Part shown: positions 54,823 through 64,000 of the stretch, piece by piece
How positions within the stretch are numbered: position 1 is the stretch's first letter
How the letters are laid out: the number at the start of each line of letters is the position of its first letter
Source of the DNA: Octopus vulgaris
Taxonomy: Eukaryota
Assembly (NCBI GenBank): GCA_951406725.2
Contig: OX597815.1
Location: 203,484,001 to 203,548,000, forward strand
Length of the DNA: 64,000 bases
Reading direction: 5' to 3'
Translations under genes and position numbers: made by a program
The notes under the pieces: generated by a model
The model's database searches: none
Told to the model about the DNA's origin: nothing
Seen by the model: the letters and a program-made list of their open reading frames with translations, nothing else

Positions 54823-55041
54823 TGTGTGTATTTGTGTGTGTCCCCCTAGCATTGCTTGACAACCGATGCTGGTGTGTTTACGTCCCCGTTACTTAGCGGT
54901 TCGGCAAAAGAGACCGATAGAATAAGTACTGGGCTTACAAAAGAATAAGTGCCGGGGTCGAGTTGCTCCATTAAAGGCGGTGCTCCAGCATGGCCGCAGG
55001 CAAATGACTGAAACAAGTAAAAGAGTAAAAGAGTAAAGAGT
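54608..55041 (+). mobile_element. SINE family A
   Basis: Full-length family match. Confidence 0.9.
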
Positions 55042-55479
55042 ATTACAAATGAAAAGAATTTGCAAAATCTGTTAAAAATGTAGTTTCAAAAATTATATAG
55101 GTCACATTCCATGATTTTAACGGAAAAATTTATTTGAATGAAATTAAAAGGGAGTGGTTCCTGCAATCTACGAGGGCATCTAATTTAGAAATGAGCACGT
55201 CATCGCATTTATTTACATAGGTAAATGATAACGCAATGTTTAAACATGCCTATATTGCAGCCTATTATTTATGCTATATTCTCATCTACGTCTAAGATGC
55301 TGACACATAAAGTATGTAACTGTAAAGAAATATTTACTGTATGCAATGGCTGATTTTATAGATAGAGAAAATTGAGCAGTTTAGCATAAGAAAGTGTTAG
55401 TACTGATATTGAAACAGCATATTTCTTGGCGAAAAAATTAGAACAATATGATTACTTAGCCCAGTTTTGGAAGCACAAT

Positions 55480-56130
55480 CTATCAAGAAAGTCACTCTGC
55501 AGAATAAAAAGACAGAAAAAAAGAAAAGTGTAGAAGATAGATTTTTACAATGGTTAAAGTTCTCTTGATGTTATTGTTTGAACAGAATGCGGCTGGAGAT
55601 TGTAAGTTAAGAGCCATGGTTGTGTGTCGTGTCGAAAATCAAAGATCACTTAAAAGACTCATCCCAGTCATATGCGAAACAATTAAAAAAAATAACGCAT
55701 TTGGTTATTGTTACATAGGAAAATGGTTTCCGCATCACTTTGTACTCGAAGTAAAAAAATATTGTGGAGACAAAAATATTTTATTTAATAATCTACCGAT
55801 CGTAGACTATGCAGTTTGTTTTCCACAATCTCTATAGCAACACCATCGAAATGTTAGTTTAATGTTTATACAGTCAAATACAATGTCACTTTTTCAAACA
55901 ATAAACCAAGGCATTATTACAAAATTAAAAATATATTATATTCAGTGTGTATTTGGGAACTTAATATATGTTTTTGATAAAAGAGGCTGAACATCAAAAG
56001 AATTTTAAAAATCATTCAATGTTCTTGGTAAAACCTAGAACAAATTATAGAGAAAGATATGTAAGACGTTTAGAACAAATTCTGTCCTTTATTTATGACA
56101 ATTTTGAGGAATTTGAAGAACCAGCAGAGA
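55480..56130 (+). mobile_element. Decayed pogo/Tigger transposase
   Basis: NAAGDCKL, KWFPHHFVLEVKKY, NLPIVDYA and NTMSLFQTINQGII motifs. Confidence 0.75.
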
Positions 56131-56289
56131 TTACTAGTCTGTAAAGATTCGTGCAACACGATTTCAAAAGAAAGACGAGAAAACGTCGCGTAGCCCCATA
56201 ATTTATGCTGCGTCTACTGACAAACAAATAAATAAAGAACCGAATGAGCCATGATCAGTAAGGAAAAAGTTTGTTCCACACTATCAGAA

Positions 56290-56720
56290 TATTAACAAAC
56301 CGTTTTACTTGGATGATCCAAGGCGTTTGCGATGGAACCAGCCTGAAGAATTAACGAAATACAATCTGGCTCCTGCACCACATAATTTTATATTTTTTAT
56401 CCGAGACGTTTTGGCAGTGCAAAGCATTACATCAAACAACCAGCTTACTTTTCAGATTTTCCACTGTCATTTACGTCTTAAAATTGAAATTCAGTTTGAA
56501 AGATCACTGACTTGAACCGATAGAAGAGCTAGAAGAAAATTCACAATAAAGACTGCACACCGCTCCTGAAAACACATTGCAAGGCTTATCTCATAGTTGG
56601 AAATAATACGTTGGGAACCATATACTCACAGTAGAAGGAACTATTTTGATGAAGACAAGTCTGATTAAATTTTAAGTAAATGCAATAAATTTGTTTTTTA
56701 GATATTTGGTTCCCTTTTTT
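56290..56720 (+). mobile_element. Decayed mariner 3' fragment
   Basis: NLAPAPH-like and C-terminal GNYF-like segments, followed by a TIR-like end. Confidence 0.45.
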
Positions 56721-58319
56721 ACTCTTTTACTCTTTTACTTGTTTCAGTCATTTGACTGCGGCCATGCTGGAGCACCGCCTTTAGTCGAGCAAATCGACCC
56801 CGGGACTTATTCTTTGTAAGCCCAGTACTTATTCTATCGGTCTCTTTTGCCGAACCGCTCTATGTCATTTGCTGTGTACAGATCTTGTACATTTTTATGC
56901 ATACATACATACATACATACATACGTAAGTAAGCACACATGTCGAACATATATACCGAAGCCACCATCTCCATAATGAAAGAATATGAGATTGTATTAAC
57001 TAGGTCAAGTCTGGAGATGCAATTCCAAGCCATCCAGCATGTGTCGCTCGACAGATGATTCGGTTAAGGTACTTGGGGTTAGTTTTGTCCGGATATTCAG
57101 GTGGATAGAACTGGAAGTAGGTTACAAGTAGGGCGACTAATATGACTAAGGAATTTACTGAGAGAAAGCTGTCACTGCATGGTTGAAATGACGATAAAAT
57201 TATGGGAGGAGATACATAAGGATGTCGTCGACTAATCCCATCCCTCAAAATTGTTGACCTCGTGCCAAAATTTGAAATCAATATTTTGTCTATTTCGTTT
57301 AGTGTTAAGTATCTTAAGACAAACTCTCGTTTCCTCGTATCTGTAGCTAATATTTATAGATCATTCTGATGTTTATGAACTTTTCCTTCAAAAGTGACAT
57401 ATTTTTCTCAAAGGGAATTTTATATTCTGAAAACTCTCATATAAGCAATGATGTAATGTTTTTCACTCTGTCAAAAATGTTGGTTAAAGGCAATTACCAC
57501 CATCAAATAAAAGGAGAGTGTAGGAAATACATTCCCTTGGAATTTTCCTCTTGTGTCAACAAATTTTACTTTTAGGGCACCATCAAAAGCGATTTTCCTT
57601 ATTTCTTTTATAAGTCATAACATTGCCAACCAGAAGCTGATTAATCTTTGACAGCGATGTTCTTTTCTCTTTTATCGAAAGAAAGTGTTATATTTTTTAC
57701 ATCTAAATGTGGTTTTGCATCTAAATGAGCATTTATCTTTAATATGGTGATTGCTATCCGTATGAGTTTGAGATATCTGATGTTGATATTTTGTCCAATT
57801 GAATTGTTATTGTATAACTCTATAGCTCTAGTCAGCTCTGATAAAACAGCTCTTTAATACGTAAGTAGTCACTCAATCGACGAAAATTTGTTGACACAAG
57901 AGGAAAATTCATTTCTTATTGTATATGAAGCAGTGCATTTTATTCATACTACTACTTAGAAATTTTCGTTTCTATTGCTATTAGCGGTATGCTAATTTCT
58001 TTCTATATCTTTAAGTCAATTAGAGATATATTGCTATTTTAGTTGTAAAAACATGGTGTCTTTTAATTATTTAGGATCATGTATAATATCCCTGTAATCT
58101 TTTGCATAAGACATTCATAATTTTAGAGAAACTTTTTACTGCTGCTTTAAGTTTCCATAATATTTTTTTGTAAATTTTACTTCATCTGCCAAATTTTAGT
58201 TTTTCGTTTTGTTTAGTATTAAAACATTTAAAATTACACATAGACAAGATACCCACACATGTATAAATACATGTGTGGGTATCTTATAAATATGTCTGTA
58301 TGTATGTATGTATGTATAT

Positions 58320-58750
58320 TTTTTTTATTCTTTTATTCGTTGTGTCAGTCATTTGACTGCGGCCATGCTGGAGCACCGCCTTTAGTCAAACAAATCGACC
58401 CCAGGACTTACTCTTTGTAAGCCTATACTTATTCTATCGGCCACCCTTCTGCCGAACCGCTAAGTTACAGGGACATAAACACACCAGCATCGGTTGTCAA
58501 ACAATGTTGGGGGGACAAACACAGACACAAACATATACATACATACATGCATATATATATATCTATATATATATTCACACATACATATACAACGGGCTTC
58601 TTTCAGTTTCCGTCTGCCAAATCCAATCACAAGGGTTTGGTCGGCCAGAGACCATAGTAGAAGACACTTGCCCAAGGTGCCACGCAGTGGGACTGAACCT
58701 AGAACCATGTGGTTGGTGAGCAAGCTACTTACCACACAGCCACTCCTATA
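58320..58750 (-). mobile_element. SINE family A
   Basis: Full-length reverse copy. Confidence 0.85.
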
Positions 58751-58760
58751 TATAAATATG

Positions 58761-58798
<38 letters not shown>

Positions 58799-58913
58799 CA
58801 TATGTGTATGTATGTACTGACATATGCACACACATGCACACAAAAACGCGCCCGCACACGCGTACACGCACACGCACAAACACACACATGTACATATAGT
58901 GGATTACAATAAC

Positions 58914-59342
58914 TTCATCATCATCATTCATCATTGTTCGACTGTGGTCGAGACAATGGAATTTACCATGCTACGCCAGACTTCACGGTCCATCATGGCA
59001 TTACGGAGGTCCTGTTGCTGGATGCCTGTATCCCTGGAGATTACATCAGGGTAGGAGAGTGTGCGCCCTCTGGTGTTGCGAGTAGATGGCTTCCAGAGGA
59101 GAAGAGTAGAGATTACTTCTTTTTCGGCTCTACAACAATGTCCAGCAAACTGGACTCTCCTACCTTTCACAAGAGATGACACAGGTGGTAGTTTCCCATA
59201 TATTTGCATTTTGGTTGGATGGCGCTTCCACGAGAGATTTTGAGCTCTCATAAGGAGGCGAGTGTAGGTTCCATCCAACCGCCTCTCAAGCTTCTTTGAT
59301 AAAGTCCAGGTTTCTGAGCCATATAGTAGAATTGGTTCGACT
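58914..59342 (-). mobile_element. RTE/RTEX-like LINE 3' fragment
   Basis: LDGTYTRLLMRAQNLSWKRH..RRVQFAGHCCR..AMMDREVWR, ending in a (TGA)n tail. Confidence 0.85.
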
Positions 59343-59992
59343 GAGGGTAATAAAACGTTACGTTGATTTAACTTATAATAAATTTCATGAAAGTTTATCC
59401 AATATGAAAGAAATTTTCTGTCGTTTGGATAATAGTCAAATTTTAGAGTTGAGGTTAGTTATATATTCTCCTGAAGATGTTCACGAGTTAAGAAGACTGT
59501 GTGTGTAGAACATGTTCTCATTAAAGTTTGAGTTTCCAAACATTTTATTAATCCTCATCGACATATTTACAAATGCACATTCAGAAAATTAACGGATCAA
59601 TGCTCAGTGAACATAACGGCCACGAATGTTCTGTGTATAACTTGCTGGGTGATATTTATACAAATAATAATACTACTACTACTAATAATAAGGTGAACCT
59701 GGTAACTGATGGTTTTGGGGTCTTGTTGTTTGTAACTTTTGGTGAGCTATGGTGCAACCAACAACATGGTAAAAATCCCTGCCATTAATTTGGTGTGGAT
59801 CGGTAATATCAAATAATTCAATCACAACGTATATTTAAATTAAACACGAAAAAAGAATTTAAATATTATCATCACTTACATGGAAAAATTGAAATATTAT
59901 CTTTCAGTATTTTATAAGGTAAAATCTAAAATTATTAATTGACACATTATTAATTATCTTATAACAGCAATGCCTGGAAAACTCATGAATTA

Positions 59993-60474
59993 CATGGAAA
60001 AATGCGAGCATGAAAAGTCATATTCTTAAGATTATAAACCTGGAAAAGTACAGGACAAGTTATTACACCTGTAAAAGTATAGGACAAAATAAGAAACTTA
60101 AAATATTGCAGCTAAAATTAAAATTTGAATATAAAAACTTATTTTATTATAGTTTAGAAATAGCACTATACTTATTTAAGTAGAATTTGGTTAATTTAGT
60201 ACTTCAAATATAGAAAAAAGTGACTAATTAGACAAACTTACAAATTAGCTGAACAGGTTTGTACAATAAATTTAAAAGCTGAGTACTGTAAATAGTGATA
60301 AAATAGAAGAACTGGTATTCTTTGCTGCAATATTTTAAGTAAAAAGTTTCTTATTCTTTAGTTTACTAGAAGTAATAGCTTGTCCTATACTTTTCCAGAT
60401 GTAATAACTTTTCCTGTACTTTTCCAGGTTTATAATCTTAAGAATATTACTTTTCATGCTCGCATTTTTCCATG
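59993..60474. mobile_element. MITE with ~95-bp TIRs flanked by TA
   Basis: CATGGAAAAATGCGAGCATGAAAAG...GGACAA at the left is mirrored by TTGTCC...CTCGCATTTTTCCATG at the right. Each arm has an internal ~29-bp duplication. Confidence 0.85.
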
Positions 60475-62094
60475 TAATATATACATAAGTTAAATTAAAA
60501 AGTAAGGTTCAGAAGGGAGACATTAAAACGCAGTATCCAAGCTTTGTTTCGGATAAGCCTCTGGTAGAGTGCCTGCAGAGCACGTTCACCACCTATGGCT
60601 ACCAGCCGTTATCTGCGTTACTACAATTTTGTCACTGGATCACCGTCAGGAATTTCTAGGTGCACGTTGGAAAAAGCAACGCCGCCGTAACTTACGTGGA
60701 AACCATGAGCGTGCTTTCAAGGGAGATAATCAAAGAACTACTTGAAAGTGAACGTAAGATCGTAATATTCCATGTAAAGTAAATATAACAAATTTACTTA
60801 CCACACAGCCACTCCTACGCCTAGCTACTTACCACAATATATATATATATGACGAGCTTCCCCACAGTTTCCGTGTACCAAGTTCTCTCATAAGAAATTG
60901 AGTCGGTCCAAGGCTACATTACAAGAGATTTGCTTAAGGTACCGCGCAATGGGAGTGAACCGGTAACCATATGGTCATAAAGCTAATTTTTTAACCACAG
61001 ATCCTTGTCTTCTCTGACATATAAATTCTGTCTCTGTATTCAAAAATTCGATTTAGACTATTTCAATATTATACAGAGTTGGGGCGTAAACGACGACGAC
61101 AGCATCCGTACCAGCAGTAGCATCAGCAACAACAGCAGCGGTAGCAACAACAGCAACGGCTTCTCCGCTAAATTAGCAAGCTATGTGTTACTTTCAGTTA
61201 AACTACTTGGCATATATCTGTAATTCTTTCGATAATATGGTGTACTACTTAACTACATACTTCTTTATATCCTTATATACTATTCTATACTACTTACGTC
61301 TGTTCTTAATTCTTTCAATGGATTGGAATACATTTACTTTTATGTATAAATGATCTGAAGTACTTGAGACGGTGCTGTATCCATAGAAATATATATATTT
61401 ATTGTGTAAAAACACTTGACAATTGTTACAGAATATTCCATATATAACCGAGTATCATAAAAGTTTCTATCCCTCACATAATATTTTACTGATTTCATTT
61501 AATGAGCTGCGGCAATGTTGGAGCACTGCATTCAAGTATTTCGACTGATCCTACCAAATCATCTCTGAAATCTGATATTTCAGTGTGGTACTTATTTTAT
61601 GGATCTCACTTAATAGAACACCTAAAAAATATTTACCTTTTGACAAAGAGTTGTAACTTTACTATTGATGGACATAAAGGATCCACCGAAATGAAAAGAA
61701 GAAACTCTTTTACCACAAAACAGCAATATATTAGTGGTTAGTTTTAAAAATATATATAGTTAACTTAATATTAGTGATTACATAATATTAGTGATAAGAG
61801 AAATTGAAAATGAGGACTTCTGCATTTCTGCAGTACGAGAAAAGTGCAAGGCCTTTTGTTTGGTCACACACACACACACACACATGCACACTCATATATG
61901 TATATAATTACAAGCACGTACACAGATAAAAACACACAGCAGTTGGTGTACTGAATTTGAGTGAATACGCTTATTTGCTTGCATGTGTGCTTATAGTCCT
62001 AACATAACTTATATTGCTTATATAAGTTTTGGTCATTATTGGCCCAGGCCATGTCTACCTTAAATAGCATAAACAATATCGTATTTGTTTCAGT

Positions 62095-62520
62095 CATGTT
62101 TTCGGACATCCTAGTAGAGGCGATTGGAGGAATTTGCTCAAGTACGATTTGAATGTTATGGAGTCTTCTTCTTTGATTTCTCTCGGATTAATGTTAGATA
62201 AGGCAAGATCAGTTGAGGCTAAAAAGCTGTGTTGCAATGTTGTTATAAGATGTCAGCTCGATTTTTGTCACGGATTTATGGCTTTGGGGTGAAACTTTGG
62301 GTGATTTTTGAAGACTTGATACCAGGTTCATTTGGACTGTTTAGATGGAACATTTTCTACATTGTGCAAGTAATGTAGTGTTCACAGTGGTGTTGGAAGG
62401 AAAAAAAGTTTGAGCTTTTTGAGGTGATCCCAATAATTATGGCCTGTCATGCCACTTATTATTTTTAACTAAATTCTGGTGTGCTTTACTTCTGACATTG
62501 TTTTGTATTGTATTCAGAGA
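62095..62520 (-). mobile_element. CR1/L2-like LINE 3' fragment, decayed
   Basis: Minus frame NINPREIKEEDSITFKSYLSKFLQS resembles the CR1 RT C-terminus. Confidence 0.5.
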
Positions 62521-62559
62521 CCACAGTGGGCTGCAATATTCTATGTGAGTTCTGGCAAA

Positions 62560-62970
62560 TGTTGCAAAAAGTATGTAATGACCGAATAGTACGATTGTGA
62601 GCGAATACAAGCTATCGAAATGGAGTTCCTCGAAGGATCACTTGAATAACGTTACTCGACAGGATGCGTAGTTCGAAGTTCATGGAACATGTCCAGATCG
62701 AACAGTTATTTCTGCGTATAGAGAATCCACAGTTCCAGTACTACAGACATGTGGTTAAAATGTCGCAGGAAAAGGATCGCAATACAGATCCTTCAAGCCC
62801 AACCAACCTGCAGAAGACCTAGTAGACCAAAAACGAGATGGTTGGATAATATTCATAGTCTCAGTTGGTCATACTTGGGAATCCAGCAGGAAAGTGTAAT
62901 GACGGTTGGTTCTGATAGGACCCTCTCTCAGGAATAGTGGGTGACAAAAATGCACAGACGAAGGAATGGA
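62560..62970 (+). mobile_element. RTE-clade LINE 3' fragment
   Basis: RIQAIEMEFL..TLLDRMRS..YYRHVVKM..RPSRPKTRWLDNI. Confidence 0.75.
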
Positions 62971-63302
62971 AGAGTTTTTAAAATTCAAAGCCTATTTTAT
63001 AGATTAATATAATAATGTGATACACCCATTCCTTTAAATGTTTGTTTAGTGTTATTTGATGGCCTTCTTTGATACTAGTTTTGAAATTTCGTGAAACATG
63101 AGTTATTTTTGTCTAATCATAGTCATCCCATCTGTATATATATTCATATATTTAACATATATTAATTTTTGTGTATTTTTGAAGGCGTAACGTGTTGGGT
63201 GATAGCTATGTTACCTATGTGCTGTGAGTTGTGTTATTGACGACATGTTTTGTAATTTGTGTATAGAATGTAATTTGGAAATGTTATTACTGAACACCAT
63301 AA

Positions 63303-63515
63303 AGGCGGCGAGCTGGCAGAATCGTTAGCTGAACGAAATGCTTAGCGGTATTTCGTCAGTCGCTAAGTTTTGAGTTCAAATTCCGTTGAGGTCGACTTTG
63401 CCTTTCATCCTTTCGGAGTCGATAAATTAAGTACCAGTGAAACACTGGGGTTGATGTAATCAACTAGTCCCCTCCCCACAAATGTCAGGCCTTATGCCTA
63501 TTGCAGAAAGGATTA
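63303..63515 (+). mobile_element. Nin-domain-type SINE (family C, alternative tail)
   Basis: Head and core match family C; the 3' tail differs. Confidence 0.75.
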
Positions 63516-64000
63516 TTGAATAGCATGTGTATGGTGTAAAATGTGGGCTGCACTTAGGCGAGTTTTGAATTGGAATACTTTTTTGTTTTGGATCATGTTT
63601 TACATTACCATAAATAACGTTCTAATTATTGTTGATGTTGTTTTTACTTTCATAGCTCACATCCTGCTTGTTTCTGTTTCATGATTTTGTTCTCGATTTC
63701 TCACCAGGTGATTAAGTCATCGTTCGGACGAATGAGTGGGATCGACAAATGTATTGTTCTAGAAATACCATGTCTCCATCCTCTTGATGAACACAGCGCA
63801 CTTTCCGGCATGCAATTAGTCGAATAGGATACAATGTGATTGTCTATACATCTTTTATTCTCTACACTGTCAAGTATTTTTGCGTATGCTTAGTGTTTAG
63901 AGTGGGCACAAGAGCACAAATGACCAAAGTAGACTCTGTCAGAGGGCGACGCTAGCTGGTCATCTGTAGAAAGAACTACTGTCGTGCTCTAATCAAATGC

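Noticed and set aside
57000-57281. 93-aa ORF with a hydrophobic stretch
   Set aside because: Its start lies in a SINE tail fragment, and there is no recognisable domain or splice support.
59690-59790. Signal-peptide-like minus-strand start MAGIFTMLLVAP
   Set aside because: Stop after 12 codons and no good splice donor.

Overview
AT-rich, repeat-saturated eukaryotic DNA. The tRNA-derived SINE families and microsatellite load resemble Octopus (coleoid cephalopod) genomes; this is inferred from remembered repeat families, not from a search. No complete protein-coding gene is visible. Most listed ORFs are microsatellite translations or decayed transposons. Main content: (i) the probable 5' end of a minus-strand gene (non-coding exon ending at 13869, second exon 2723-2570 ending ATG TCT T|GTGAGT); (ii) a five-copy tandem array at 23.3-28.5 kb of a promoter/first-exon-like cassette with NRF1-type, TCGTCTGCT and CCGACATG motifs and splice donors on both strands; (iii) many SINEs, non-autonomous Helitrons, MITEs, and decayed mariner/Tc1, pogo, hAT, CR1, RTE, R4/Dong-like and Penelope-like elements; (iv) three minimal type I hammerhead ribozyme motifs on the minus strand beside (TA)-rich microsatellites, two with the U3-A8 core variant; (v) several long snap-back hairpins and a few unexplained decayed coding-like segments at 52-61 kb. 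Coordinates of decayed elements are approximate.
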